From Selaginella moellendorffii (Eukaryota; Plantae; Lycopodiophyta), in contig NW_003314264.1 of NCBI RefSeq assembly GCF_000143415.4, forward strand, positions 1,504,733-1,568,732: a stretch of DNA of 64,000 nucleotides. The letters run 5' to 3'. A program made the translations under genes and the position numbers. Positions 38,065 through 51,919 of this stretch are shown one piece after another. A model generated the notes under the pieces. That model had not been told where the DNA came from, ran no database searches, and saw nothing but the letters and a program-made list of their open reading frames with translations. Position 1 is the first letter of the stretch. Every line of letters begins with the position of its first letter.

Positions 38065-39492
38065 TCATGCTTCATGGGCTAGAGTTTTCTCGGGGAGGAT
38101 CTCCTGGAAAAATTTCTCGAGCTGCTCGTGGTAGAGCGCCGGAAAGCTCCGCAAATGATCTACGTGAGGAGATATCCGCATGTCGAAGCACGAGACCTTG
38201 TAGCCGCTCTTTTTCTGCAAATCCATGAACTCTTCCACGTAGCTCGCTGGGATGACTCGGTCGGCACTGCTGTAGATGTAGAGCTGCGGGCATCGCGGCT
38301 GCTTGCTCGACAAAATGGAGATGATTCTTGCAAGTCTCCTGGTTTCCACAACAGAAAAGGAGAGCCGAGATGTTAGAAACTAGCGCCGCAGGAAAAGATC
38401 TAGCGAGGAAAGAGCACCTCTTACAGTTTGACAGCGGGAACCGCGAGTAGAACCGCGAAGAACTTCTCCAGGACTGCCAGGAGTAGAGTCTCGGACGCGC
38501 TCGGCTGCGCAAGGATTGCTCGCTCGGCGTCGGTCAGTCCCGCCAGCGACTGCGTCGAGAAGCTTTGCTTCTTGAGAAATGCTGTTGCGAACCCCGAGGC
38601 CCAGACCTTGTCAAAGCGTATCAGCTGGATGTAAGAACACGACCAGGATCACGTAAAACTTCGTCGGCTTACCTGGGGACTGAGCTCGGCAGCAGGCCCC
38701 GAATCTACAACGCATCCTTTTATTCTGCTCGTGAGGTGCTGCTGCCCTTGCTGCTGGAGTTTCTCGAGTAGAGCTCCATAGCTGTGAAGAAGGAGTCAAA
38801 TCAACACCATTGCTTTGACAACTAGGAAAAATAAGAAGACCACTCTAGAAAAACCATTAAAAATAAAAAATAAAATAAAAACCTGACTGCTAGAGAAAAC
38901 TTACTCTGTTGGGAACTTACAAGAACCAGCCGGTGTTGCTAAAGGTGTGGAACAGCACCGATTTTTCGTTTCTTCCACCGCTCGCTAGCCACTGCTTGAT
39001 TTCCGCGTAGAGCAAATCGACATGCCTGTCGGCCTTCCCAATGACGCCGAGGCTCAGCAAATCCGGCATTGGCATCACGAAAGTCATAGCACTGATCCCT
39101 CTCGAGTTATACCACTCGGCATATTTCTTCAAGTGCTTGTGTTGAGCACCCAGCCATCCCAGGAGCACTACCACCAGATCTCCCTCTCCATCTCCAAGCC
39201 AAGAATCTCCATCGCGGGCATTTTTCCTGTCCGAGACCCCGTGCATGACGATGCTTTGCTTCGCGGGATCCGGAGACACGCGATCTGTGACAAACGGGAG
39301 CTGGAATTTGATCCGCGCCGGCCAGAAGACATGGAAATGCGCCCGTTGCGAGCTGGAGCACGAGATTATAGGCCGCCTTTGACGACGCGGAGGAGCTACA
39401 CGAGCCACACTGGCGACACTGGATCTCGTGGAACGCGCATTCTTGCCTGTGATGCGGCCCGCAGCAGGACGCGCCAGGGAGTGAAGATTCAT
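38065..39492 (-). CDS. TMEM53/DUF829 alpha/beta-hydrolase-like protein
   Basis: VVVLLGWLGAQHKHLKKYAEWY, FHTFSNTGW, IRGLLPSS, CPQLYIYSSADRVIP, SPHVDHLR. Confidence 0.9.
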
Positions 39493-39784
39493 GGCGGAGA
39501 CCGGCCGATCGTGCCCTCCCCGTGGCAGAAGCCCTAAACCCTGTTTTAGGGTTCTTCGTTTAACATCCTTTTAGGGTTCTTCGCTAACATCAAGAGACAT
39601 AAAAAGAATCCTTTGCACATTATTGTGTGAGGCAACCAAACCCATCACCGAGGAAGAAGAAAGAAGAATCGTCACAGCCCAGCCAGCATTGTCCTGTGAC
39701 GCCCCATATCTCTACAAACCCCTGCCCCTCTTCTTCTTCGTTCTTCCTCGTTTCTTCCTCTATAGACCCGCCCAATTCCGCGGA

Positions 39785-41389
39785 TCAAGAGAAATCGTAA
39801 ACCTCTGGAATCGCCACCGGGAACTGGTCGATGCAATCCGCCCAGGGCCCCTTCTCGCTCGCCTTGATCGTCCGCAGCGCCCGCCACACGGCGCTGTTAC
39901 ACTTGAACCCGCTCCCAAACGCGATCTGCCACACGCGGTTCCCCTTCCTCATCCTCCCCTTGGCCTCGATGTACGCGAGCTCGTACCAGATCGAGGAGCT
40001 GGACGTGTTCCCGAATCGGTACAGCGTCATCCGCGACGCCTCGACGTGCTCCGCGGTGAGCTGCAAGTTCTTCTCCAGCTCGTCGATCACCGCGCGGCCG
40101 CCCGCGTGGATGCAAAAGTGGTGGAACGCCAGCCGAAAGTCCGGGATGTATGGCTTCACCGCGCGCTTGAACACCTTCCGCGCCACCAGGAAGCTGAAGA
40201 AGATGATCTGCTCGGACAGTGGCAGCACCAGCGGCCCCATGGTCGTGATGTTGGTCTTGAGCGCCTGCCCGGCGATGGCCATGAGATCTTTGGAGAGCGA
40301 CACGCCCATCTTGGAGTTCTCGTCCTCCTCCTGGTAGACGCAGCGAAACGACTTGTCGTCGGCGCCCTTGTGCGTCCGCACGGTGTGGAGGAGCTCGTAC
40401 TTGGCGCGGCGGCGGTCGGATCGTCGGTTGCTGAGCAGCATCGCGGCGCCGCCGACGCGGAAGAGGCAATTCGGGATGAGCATGGAGCGGCGGTTGCCGA
40501 AGTACCAGTTCTGGGTGATGTTCTCGGTGCTCACCACGATGGCGTAGTCGTTGCCGTGGACCTGGAGCATGTCCTTGGCGAGGTCGATGGCGATCACTCC
40601 CGCGCTGCAGCCCATCCCTCCCAGGTTGTAAGAGCGGATGTTGCCGCGCATCTTGTACTTGTTGACGATCATCGCCGAGAGCGATGGCGTGGGGTTGAAG
40701 AGGCTGCAGTTGACGACCAGGATCCCGACGTCCTTGGGCTTGACGCCCGTCTTGTGGAAGAGCTCGTCCAGCGCGCTAAACATGACGGTCTCGGCCTCCT
40801 GGCGCGCCGCATCCATGGATGGTCGCGGCGGGAGGTAGTGCATCGCGGGCGGGAGCGCGGTCTGCTCGCCCAGCCCGGAGCGCTCCAGGATCCGGCGCTG
40901 GAACTCGAGGCTCTTGTCGTCGAAGCTCCCCGAGAGCTTGGAGTGCTCCATGAAGGAGGCGAAGGGGACGCGGATGTTGGGCGATGGCTTGTGGCACGCG
41001 TAGTCGACGAGGAAGACGCTGCGCGGGCGGGACATGAAGTAGACGGTGGCGGCGAAGACGAGCAGCGCGGAGCACGTCATGACGCTGACGAGGTTGAATT
41101 TGAGGTGGATCCAGAGCTGGTGGATGTCCTCGGGGCCCAGGCGGCCGACCTCGATCGCTACCCCGAGCATCAGCGGGACGAGCGTGAGCGTGATGAGATG
41201 CGTCACCAGGTAGTGGTAGCCGAGCTTGACGTACTTGAGGTTGACGCTCTGGAGGAAATCCGGGAGCGGCAGCCGCCGTGATCCTCTGGACCCGCTGCTC
41301 CTCCGCAGCAGCCTCCCGCCTCCATCGCCAATTCCGATTCCTGAGGAGGCGCTAGCAGTGGCAGCGGCGCTGGGTCTCTCCTCGGCCAT
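39785..41389 (-). CDS. KCS: 3-ketoacyl-CoA synthase (FAE1/KCS), intronless
   Basis: [66 protein letters not shown]. Confidence 0.97.
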   Translation of the reverse strand: MAEERPSAAATASASSGIGIGDGGGRLLRRSSGSRGSRRLPLPDFLQSVNLKYVKLGYHYLVTHLITLTLVPLMLGVAIEVGRLGPEDIHQLWIHLKFNLVSVMTCSALLVFAATVYFMSRPRSVFLVDYACHKPSPNIRVPFASFMEHSKLSGSFDDKSLEFQRRILERSGLGEQTALPPAMHYLPPRPSMDAARQEAETVMFSALDELFHKTGVKPKDVGILVVNCSLFNPTPSLSAMIVNKYKMRGNIRSYNLGGMGCSAGVIAIDLAKDMLQVHGNDYAIVVSTENITQNWYFGNRRSMLIPNCLFRVGGAAMLLSNRRSDRRRAKYELLHTVRTHKGADDKSFRCVYQEEDENSKMGVSLSKDLMAIAGQALKTNITTMGPLVLPLSEQIIFFSFLVARKVFKRAVKPYIPDFRLAFHHFCIHAGGRAVIDELEKNLQLTAEHVEASRMTLYRFGNTSSSSIWYELAYIEAKGRMRKGNRVWQIAFGSGFKCNSAVWRALRTIKASEKGPWADCIDQFPVAIPEVYDFS

Positions 41390-42084
41390 CGTTGGGATTG
41401 TTTCGCGAGCTCCTGTGATGCTCTGATCGACAAAAGCAGCGAACTTCTTGTTCTTGGATGAGATTTTTTAGGGTTCTTGGGAGTGAGGGAGGAGAGAGGC
41501 GTGGGTGGCGATGGCGATGGCGATGGCGCGACGCATTTAAGGCAAAGCGAGGCCGGATCAGTAGTGCAGTTAAAGGGGCATTCAATGGCAACACCAACCT
41601 CCACTTTCGGTGAAGAGAGACAGGGCAAAACACACGAAAGAGTTTGGTGCTTTTGTTTTTCTTTCTTGCGCGCTCCCTCGCTCGCTGGAGAGGAGGATTG
41701 GGGAGGAATCTCGTTTTCTAGCTGGGATTAGGAGGATGTGTTTGGGATGCTCTCGAGTTCCTAGTGAAGTGAAAAAGGTGGTACATTGGTGGTAATAAGT
41801 CGCTCCTTCATTGACTTGGCCGCTCCTCATTTATATCGGGTCTCTTGCGTACAGAGAGGATGGAGAGAAGAAGAGAGCAGCGCAGCAGCCATGCCAGCCA
41901 GCAGCAACAGGGGAGCAGCCGATTGGTGTGAATTTGATTCAAGTCGGTTGAATTTACAACCCTCTGGCAGGATTCAATCGTGTTCTTCAATGTCGCTCAT
42001 GGAGCAAATGCCACCGGTCAAGCATTTGCCCCGCCGCTAGATTCCTCGTGAACAAAGTCAAACCGAGAACCTTCATGGTCAGTC

Positions 42085-42325
42085 CCAAGTCAGTCAACCC
42101 ATCAGTCAACGCGGTCACCGATTGCTTCGATACGACGTCAGTCAACACGAAAGTACACATGCTGACTGTAGTGTACATCTGGACTCTGGACGCTACGTCG
42201 GCGGCAAAATGGCTGACACGTATCACTTCCAAGTCACAAGTCAACCATCAGTCAACGCACAATGACCCGCATTGGATAATATCCAGTCAACATGCTGACT
42301 GTAGTGTACATCTGGACGCCACGTA
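42085..42325. repeat. Two-copy tandem repeat rich in AGTCAA (W-box TTGACT on minus strand)
   Basis: acatgctgactgtagtgtacatctggac at ~42157 and ~42290; caagtca...gtcaacc.atcagtcaacgc duplicated. Confidence 0.8.
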
Positions 42326-42337
42326 ATCGAGCACGTG

Positions 42338-44404
42338 TCACTTCCTCAGGTTCCAGTGGAGCCGCTCGCGCACGCTACACAGGAAGTGGTGCGTTGCCTC
42401 TTCCAGGGACGCTGTTGGGACGGGCCAGGGGGCCATTTGGCATATAAGCTGGTCGCCCGGGGAGAGCTCCACTCGGTCCTTGCCATCAAACGAAGCCCAG
42501 GCGTTTTGGAGCGGGACCTGGACTTTGAGCGTCACGTAGCCGGGAAGGATGAGAGGCCTGAAGGACAGCGAATGCGGGCATATCGGCGTGAAGAGAATTG
42601 CTGGAACCTGAAAGACAAGTCGTTTCGATCCAGAAAAACAAAGAAAAAAGAGGTTTTTGCAAAGCTTACGTGAGGATGGACCATCGAGCCTCCGGCCGCG
42701 AGAGAGTACGCCGTGCTGCCCGACGTTGTGGAGAGGATGAGGCCGTCCCCTTGCACCGAGGTGAGGAAGACGTTGTCACAGTAGCACTCGAGGTTCGTGA
42801 GGCACGACGACATGCCCCGGTCGATGGAGACTTCGTTGAGAACCAGGTGCATCTCCGACGCCGAGCTCTCCCCGTTCCTTACAATCTGGCACTGCATGCG
42901 GTGCCGCAGCGTGATGCAAACCGGGCCCTTCATCACGTACTCGAGGCATTCCTTGTAGCGCTCGCTTTCTGTGAGTTTAGTTAAGTCGAGCAAAAAGAAG
43001 ATAAAACTTGGAAGGATACGGAATGCCGTCATGAATCCCAAGGAGCCCATTGAAAACGAAACCATGGGAGGGACGGGTCCTTTGAACAGCGACGCAGCCT
43101 GCAAAAGAAGCATAAGTCCGCCAATAAAAAAGCGCTGGTTGTGCTTACCCAGAGTACAGTGCCATCTCCACCCAGAGTGATAACAAGGTCGACTTTGGTG
43201 TGTAAGAACAATAACTCTTCTTCTGCAAAAAGCAGACGGCACAGTGAAGAAAATGCTTCGCTGCAAAGCTTTCAGCCTACCAGAATCCCATGTTTGTACA
43301 TAAGTGCAGTCCGAGCTTTCGTCAAGCTCATCCTTCACGCGCTGCTCAACGAACACAGTGATATTTTTCACCTCCTTCAGCCACCTGAAGGCTAGTTTTA
43401 CATCACGAACAAAAAAAAAAAAAAATTATTTTCCAGGTACCTGATCATTTTCTTGCACAGCTCTTGCACAGCAGAAGAATTTGGTCGGGTAAAAATACAG
43501 ACCGCTCGCGGTGTGGATTCCCAAACAAGTATAATCTGCAATGTAGAGAAACCAAGGCATCAGATTCCAAAAACGATAGTCTCAATTGCAATCAACCTGT
43601 TTGTTGCTACTGGTAACGGCACTAATGTTCCCAGAATCGTAGGACACAATGTCATGCTTGTGCCTTCTATGCCTGTCACCATTATAACTCCATAGCAATT
43701 TGAAGGAAGCCTGGAGTCGAAACAATGTAAAACTTTTTCTTTTCCGAAAAACTGCGTACCTTGTGGCTTGGATGTTGAACAAGAAATTTACAAGACCCGT
43801 TTTCTTCCTCTAAAACATCATGTTGCGGTGTTTCAAGCTCAGAGCCTTTGACTTCCCGGTTCTCGACACCTGAGAACTTCCATTAGCAACGAGCCAAGAA
43901 ATTTAATTTAAAGCGTACAAGTACCTGGAAGATCTTTTTCCTGTAGAAGACTCTCATATTTTCTTTTCCACTCGGCCGCCTCCAATTGAAGCTGAACGTT
44001 ACGCTCGGCAACTCTTTTCATCGCATTCGACACAGCTGTTCAAACAGAAAACGAGAGAAAAGATGTCAGCAGTTCTCACGAAATTCAAGGAGATCTCACG
44101 CACTCTGCAAACTGTTGCTAAAGTCGAAAATTTGACGACTGGCGTCCATGGCGGATTTCTCCGAGCGCGCAAACGTTTGCCATCCCTCGATGCCAAATCT
44201 GAGATTTTCCTGCTCCATCCGCGACAGGCTCGCCGACGAATCCTCCCTCCCCAGCGAGCACTGCCAAAAATCGAGAATGCAAGTTAGAACAATGCCGAGC
44301 ACTGGAAAAGGAAAAGGGAAATCACGAGCGCAAACCTGAGTGATCAGCTGGCAGCATGGCGCCAGAGGCCCGGCATCCGGGGCGCCGGACGCGCCTTGCG
44401 CCAT
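42338..44404 (-). CDS. NADK1: NAD(H) kinase 1-like
   Basis: [68 protein letters not shown]. Confidence 0.93.
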
Positions 44405-44554
44405 GAAAAACCTAATCGCCACAACGCGAACACGCAGCACGAGCCCGCTTTCACCATCCACACAACACACACACTCAAAGCGTCTCCCGCGAATATCCTC
44501 TTCTTACACGTCTCGGTTCGAATCCACCTGTCAGCAGCCCAGGTTCAAATCTCC

Positions 44555-46225
44555 TTACAAGCAAAATTCCTCTAGGTCGTTGAGAATATTCTCCGTCTCC
44601 CTCCTCCAGAGCCCAGCGCCCGCGCAGGCGCCCTTGACGAGCACCGGCGTCGCCAGATGCCCGAGCTCCAGCGCACGCGCCGCGCAGGACGCCGCGCGGC
44701 GCACATCGCCGTGGATCTTGCAGGAATTGAGGAATGTGATCCAGGTGAGGGCGTCGGGCTCCCAGGGCATGAGATCCATCACCTCCTCGGCGCGGGGGAG
44801 CTGCCCGACTCGCCCGAACAGATCCACCAGGCACCGATAGTGCTGTGCCTCCGGATCAATGCCGCGATCGCGCCACATTGACGCGAAGAACTCGCAGCCC
44901 TCGTCCACGAGCCCGCCCTGGCTGCACGCCGTGAGGAGATTGACGAATGTGACGCCATTGGGGCTCACGCCGTGGAGATCCATCGCCCGCGACAGTGCCG
45001 CCGCCTCGCCGCGGTGCCCGCTCTGGGCATTTGCCGCCACCATCGCCGTCCATGACACCACATTGCGCTCCGGGAGAGAATCGAACACCCGACGTGCGTC
45101 CCCGACGCTCCCGTATTTCCCGTACGCGGAGATGAGGGAGTTACCGACCGTACAGTCGCCCGCGAGGTCGCAGTCGCGGGCGCAAGCGTGGCACAGCCGC
45201 GCCTCTGCCGCGTTGCGACACGCGTCCAGTACGGCGCAGAAGGTGCCGCGGTTTGGCCGAAGCCCCTGGGCGTCCATTGTACGGAAGAGGAGCATCGCCC
45301 GCGACAGCTCCCCATTCAGGGCATATGCGCCGATCATGGAGTTAACTGTGACAAGGTCGCGCGACGGCATATTCCTGTACGTTTGCTCAGCGTCTTCCAC
45401 GCTCCCGGCGCGTCCGTACGCGTCGATCATGGCGTTCCAGGAGAAGAGATTCGAGACGGGCATCTTTCGCAGGAGCTCCTTTCCCTCGAGAATATGCCCG
45501 TTCTGGGCATATGCTACAAGCATCGCGGTCCACGATACCACGTCCCTTTCCTTCATGGAATCGAATACCATCTTGGCCCGCGGAATTTCACTGCATCTGG
45601 TGTACATTCCGAGGATTCCGGTGGCGATCCGGACGTCCGATTGGAACCCACATTCCGCGACCTTGGAATGCAACTCCCGTGCCAGGCCGGGGCAATCGAT
45701 GCACGACAGAATGCCCACGAATGTCACGCTGGACGGCTTGTGGCCGTCCGATTCCATGAGCCTTAGAACGCCCACGGCGTCGTGGGACCGCCCAGCCCTG
45801 GCGTAGAACGCGATCATCGCGTTCCAGGCGACGTGATCGCGCTCCCCGCGCATCTCATCGAAGATCCGCCGCGCCTCGTCGAGTTGTCCGTTCTGGGCGA
45901 GGGCGACGAGCATGAGATTGGAGGAGAAGAGATTGGGCACCGGGATCGCGCGGAACGCCCGCCGCGCATCGTCCACGCTGCCACACTTGCCATACATCTG
46001 GACGAGGAGATTGGCGAGGAATGTGTTCCTGTCCAGCCCGATTCGAGCCAGGTGATCGTGGAGCCACTTCCCCTCGTCCAGCGCGCCCAGCTCCCCACAT
46101 CGCCGCAGGAGCGTGGCGTACGCCTCCGGATCGAGCGCAGAGCCAGCGAGATTCTCCCTGCTGAACGCGCCCCTCAAGACGATCGAGCTCTCGGCGGCGA
46201 GGATCCCCCTTCTCGCCGCGCTCAT
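44555..46225 (-). CDS. PLS-class PPR protein with E domain, no DYW
   Basis: P/L/S repeats (LVQMYGKCGS, DVVSWTAM, PNGVTFVNLLTACSQGG), HYRCLVDLFGRVG, TWITFLNSCKIHGD. Confidence 0.93.
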   Translation of the reverse strand: MSAARRGILAAESSIVLRGAFSRENLAGSALDPEAYATLLRRCGELGALDEGKWLHDHLARIGLDRNTFLANLLVQMYGKCGSVDDARRAFRAIPVPNLFSSNLMLVALAQNGQLDEARRIFDEMRGERDHVAWNAMIAFYARAGRSHDAVGVLRLMESDGHKPSSVTFVGILSCIDCPGLARELHSKVAECGFQSDVRIATGILGMYTRCSEIPRAKMVFDSMKERDVVSWTAMLVAYAQNGHILEGKELLRKMPVSNLFSWNAMIDAYGRAGSVEDAEQTYRNMPSRDLVTVNSMIGAYALNGELSRAMLLFRTMDAQGLRPNRGTFCAVLDACRNAAEARLCHACARDCDLAGDCTVGNSLISAYGKYGSVGDARRVFDSLPERNVVSWTAMVAANAQSGHRGEAAALSRAMDLHGVSPNGVTFVNLLTACSQGGLVDEGCEFFASMWRDRGIDPEAQHYRCLVDLFGRVGQLPRAEEVMDLMPWEPDALTWITFLNSCKIHGDVRRAASCAARALELGHLATPVLVKGACAGAGLWRRETENILNDLEEFCL

Positions 46226-46505
46226 CCACCAAGACCCAGATTTCGAATCCAAAGAGCCCGCGAGAATCCAACGGCCGAGAGCGCAGTAAGCCCTAGCATT
46301 TAAATCCGGCCGATCGTGGACGTTGAAGCGTCAACGGCTAGGATGCGCTGGGCATGGCGGTGTTTCCCAGGCTCATGTGAAGGGCGCGCCCTGGCGGCAG
46401 GGCAGGCTGGGCATTTGCATCGATCGCTGGGCGGCAGAGTGTAGCATAGCTAGGGCGCGAGGTTTTTAGGTCTGGGCGATCCAGGGGGCGTCGGCGAGGA
46501 CAGCA

Positions 46506-47685
46506 ATGCAGGCGCCGCAAATGGGCCCTTACACGGGCACTATGATCACGACTGAGCTCATCCAGAAGGTATGTGTGTACTTTGGGGCTAATCTTCGCGA
46601 TTTTGTGCGAAATTTTGGTTCTAGTGAGTCTAAGCGCTGCTCCAAGATTTTCTTTTGTTCTTACATTTCTTTAAGGTTATTGATGAAGGCTTACTTTGTT
46701 CTCATTGTTTAGTACCTGGACGAGAACAAGCAACTTATCCTGGCGATTCTAGACAACCAGAACCTTGGAAAGCTTCATGAATGCGCAGCGTAAGCCTTTT
46801 TTTCTTCCAAAGCTTGATTGTTTTTTCTATGGATTGCCAATTCAGCTACCAGTCCAAGCTGCAACAAAATCTTATGTACTTGGCTGCCATCGCCGACGCG
46901 CAACCTCAAAACCCTCTTCCGGGTGGTCAGGTGTGTTTTTCACTTGCATTCTTTTCTTTTCTCAAGAGAAAAACGTCTCGCATTCTTTTCTTGTGTTTGT
47001 CTGAAAAGTCTTCTTTTGTTTCCGTAGAGCTTTTTCTTACTTGCATTGTTTTTCCTTCTATGCATCCCTTGTTATGTCATCTTTGCAGACTCCAGAAAAG
47101 GTTTTGCATTTAACTTTGGGATTGTTTTCTTGTGGTTGCCTGAAAAGTCTTCTTTTGTTCCCGTAGAACTTGCTGATATGATTTCTTCTCTGCACTCCCT
47201 CTCTCCAGGTTGCGCAAGCCTCCATGCTCCAAGGAACTCCTCAGTTCATGCAGCAGTCCCCGCAGCAAATGGGCATGATGGATCAGCAGCAGCAGCAGCA
47301 GCAAAACTACACACAAATCCAAATGGCTGCGCTCCATGCTCTCCAAGCGCAGCAGCGCCAGCAGCAGTTCCAGCAGCAGCAGAGGCTCGTCACCGCGGCG
47401 GCATCGGCAGGGATGCTCTTGCAGCCTCCACACTCGGAGTTAGAGCTGGGTGGCGGTGGAAATGTGAGCAACGGGAACAACATGACGGGCATGGGAGGAG
47501 CTTTTCCAGACTACGCTGCCGCTGCTGGCAACGGAGATCTCATGAGGAACTCCGCTGCAGCCGCCGTGAGCGGCGACGCCTCCAAAGGGACCAGCGCCGT
47601 CGCCGGATCGTCTGGAGCTACTGCTGCCGATGGTACCGGAGACGACGCTGGCTCTACGTTTCTCAAGTCATCAGAGGAAGAGTAA
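46506..47685 (+). CDS. GIF: GRF-interacting factor (SSXT/SNH domain)
   Basis: ITTELIQK|YLDENKQLILAILDNQNLGKLHECA|YQSKLQQNLMYLAAIADAQP; Q/G-rich tail. Confidence 0.95.
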
Positions 47686-47922
47686 AAAACACCAGGGAGG
47701 ATTGCAGTAGAATGAGCTACATTCCTTTCTTTAACTATGTTTATTTTCTTTGCTGTTAGTAGGATCATTTGTCACACTTCGGTCTCACACTTGTGCTAGA
47801 TCTTTTCTCCCGGCGTTACACCCGTTATAATGCTTCCCACTCATTGCCGGTCTACATATAAGTAGAGAGAAATGAGGCCAGCCAAGCTCACAATCAAGCT
47901 CTCGTTTTTCAAAGTTTTTTCC

Positions 47923-48429
47923 ATGGATTCCAAGCTGATGATCGTTCTACTTCTTGTAGCAGCCACAGCGGCAAACAGTCTCCAACTTCAAAGAAAGGTG
48001 GTCGAGAAAAACTCTTGCTTCCTCAAACTCTCTTGCTTGTCTCCGCAGATATCTTTCTTCGTTCGTCGCAACTGGGAGAACAATCCACCGCCATCTTCAT
48101 CCCCTCTATCTTCCGTCCGTGTCATTGATAGCCCGATCCATGGCACTCGAAGCAACTCGTCCGAGTGTATAGGCCGGCTCCAAGGATACTCCATCACGGA
48201 CGCTGCTGGATCGTCGACTCTCTTCTATCTGACGAGCTCCTTTAATGGAAGTACCATCAAAGGGAACCTCATCTACCAAGGCCGAGTCTCGAGCAGCGCC
48301 AGAACACCCGAAGTTTCGGTCACTGGCACCTCCGGAGTCTTTCGCTTTGCCAAGGGATACTCGCTCCTCTACATGGACAGCCAAGGGATGCCCGAGAGCG
48401 TCGAGAGCTACCTCTACAAGACACTGTAG
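47923..48429 (+). CDS. Secreted dirigent-like protein, intron 47998-48048
   Basis: Signal peptide; VRVIDSPI, IGRLQG, EVSVTGTSGVFRFAKGY motif V; TATA at ~47857. Confidence 0.75.
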   Translation: MDSKLMIVLLLVAATAANSLQLQRKVVEKNSCFLKLSCLSPQISFFVRRNWENNPPPSSSPLSSVRVIDSPIHGTRSNSSECIGRLQGYSITDAAGSSTLFYLTSSFNGSTIKGNLIYQGRVSSSARTPEVSVTGTSGVFRFAKGYSLLYMDSQGMPESVESYLYKTL

Positions 48430-48566
48430 GCGCTGCAAATCTCTTGAATAAAACTGCTATGTGAATTTCGTCGTCGTCATCTCCCTGGAACAAGGAAGAA
48501 CAAAACCCAGGCGTTATACAAAGACCTTCGCGTGCTAGCTACCAAGGCCATAGGGGTGTGCGTGTG

Positions 48567-49502
48567 TTAGAGGAGCTTTAAGCTGCCGGTTACTTCGTCC
48601 ACGAGTTCGTCGGGACCTGAGAGAACAAGATACAATCAAGTTATCTGCAAGTTTTGAGATGGATCAAAACATACCGAGCACGGTCAGGACTGTTCTCGAA
48701 TCTGCGTGAAAATAGTAGCATCGTAAGCTGAAGTCGCCACTTGGAAAAAAAAAAACATTCAAAAGAAAAAACTCACTTGCGGCAATTTGCGTTCTGCCAG
48801 CATCGATGGTTATGTGGGTCGGCAACTTCAGACTCTTGGCTCTACTCTGTAAGGGAGAAAAAAAAAAAATTCTGTAAGCTTACTCGGAAGAACTTTTAGT
48901 ACCTGAAGAAACAATAGCTCCTCTTCGCTCTCCGTCTTGGTGACGACTTTGACGCTTCCACACATCTCCCACCTTGCAAAGGAAAGAAAGCCAGTAAGAA
49001 TCCAGTAAGAACAAACAAGACAGGTAAATGCATACCTTTGAAGAGCTTTCGGAGCTCTAAAGAACAGCTTTTTGTACAAACCGAGACTAGAATGGCTGCC
49101 AAAGAAATGGAAAGGAAAGTTAACTTAGATCAATCAAATAAATCTCTCACCTGCATTGAGCGGCAATCTTCCCTTTCCCCATCTTCAAATCATTCCTCAC
49201 GACCAAGACCTGGAAAGAATCCACACTGATCTTCAGCGGCATTGCCCCCAATCCAAGCGAATCATCCCGCTCACCATCTTGAAATCCTCGTGCTTGTCCG
49301 CCAGAACCTCGACTGGATGTAGATCCTTCTTGCCATCGTACTGGTGAACCGCGGATCTCTTCTCCGCCTGCTTCTTCATCCTGGGAGGCAAGAGAGCCGG
49401 CCAGCGTCGGCACAGATAGTAGCCAGCGATCAGGCAGCCCGTCCCGACAAGGACAAGCTGCAAATACCCGTGGGAGCACGCCTCCACCGCGTCCTCCATC
49501 AT
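48567..49502 (-). CDS. PTH2: Peptidyl-tRNA hydrolase 2
   Basis: N-terminal TM; FKM|VLVVRNDLKMGKGKIAAQC, IDAGRTQIA, GPDELVDEVTGSLKLL. Confidence 0.93.
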
Positions 49503-49725
49503 CGCCTTGTTAGGGCGCCCGCCATAGCCATGTAGCCCTATAATACGTGGCAGCTATGACATAGGAAAGGAAAAACCCTCCATTTATGACATGAGTCAAC
49601 TTGAAAAGCACCTAAAACGAGAGGTAAAGTGGAAAAAAACTCCAGAATCCCCTCCAATGTCATAACGGGTGTGAGCTAAAACCCCTCCATGTCATAAGGG
49701 ATCCCTCCTAGCAAAAGAGAGAAAA

Positions 49726-51487
<1,762 letters not shown>

Positions 51488-51919
51488 TTACGCGGCCGCG
51501 CGAACCATTCACACCATTTCCACGGAACAGACACAACCGGTGAGTCGTCCATGTCACCAAGAATATTCTCGCTTTACAATGAACTCGATCAAAAACTAGA
51601 CAGATCTTGGATCGCTATGGTTTTTTTTTCTTCTCCTTGTTCTTCGTTTGCCCTTGCGAAGATCAAGTGTCAGCATTCATGAACAGTGATTCAAAGATTT
51701 GTGGTCTTCAGTAGAAAAGAAAAGGAAGGTTTCACACGTTTTTTAGGGAGCTACTTTGTGGAGCATGCCAAAATGGTGTGAAGGGCGCTCTCCTGGATCT
51801 GGGGAAGGAAGAAACAAGCTCGCCCAGATCAAACTCCAGCGCCCAACACATTCTCTCGCAAGTTTGCTAGGCCTAGAGCTAGATCATAGATTTTTGTTTC
51901 CAAGTTTCTTGGGATCCAG

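Noticed and set aside
39623-41281. 552-aa plus-strand ORF
   Set aside because: Antisense shadow of the GC-rich KCS coding sequence
44859-45806. 315-aa plus-strand ORF
   Set aside because: Antisense to the PPR gene, no independent motifs
46995-47175. Two-copy ~35-bp repeat in GIF intron
   Set aside because: Ordinary local duplication with no array structure
49555-49710. Short repeated ccctcca(a)tgtcataa motifs between tubulin and PTH2
   Set aside because: Only 2-3 degenerate copies, no function inferable
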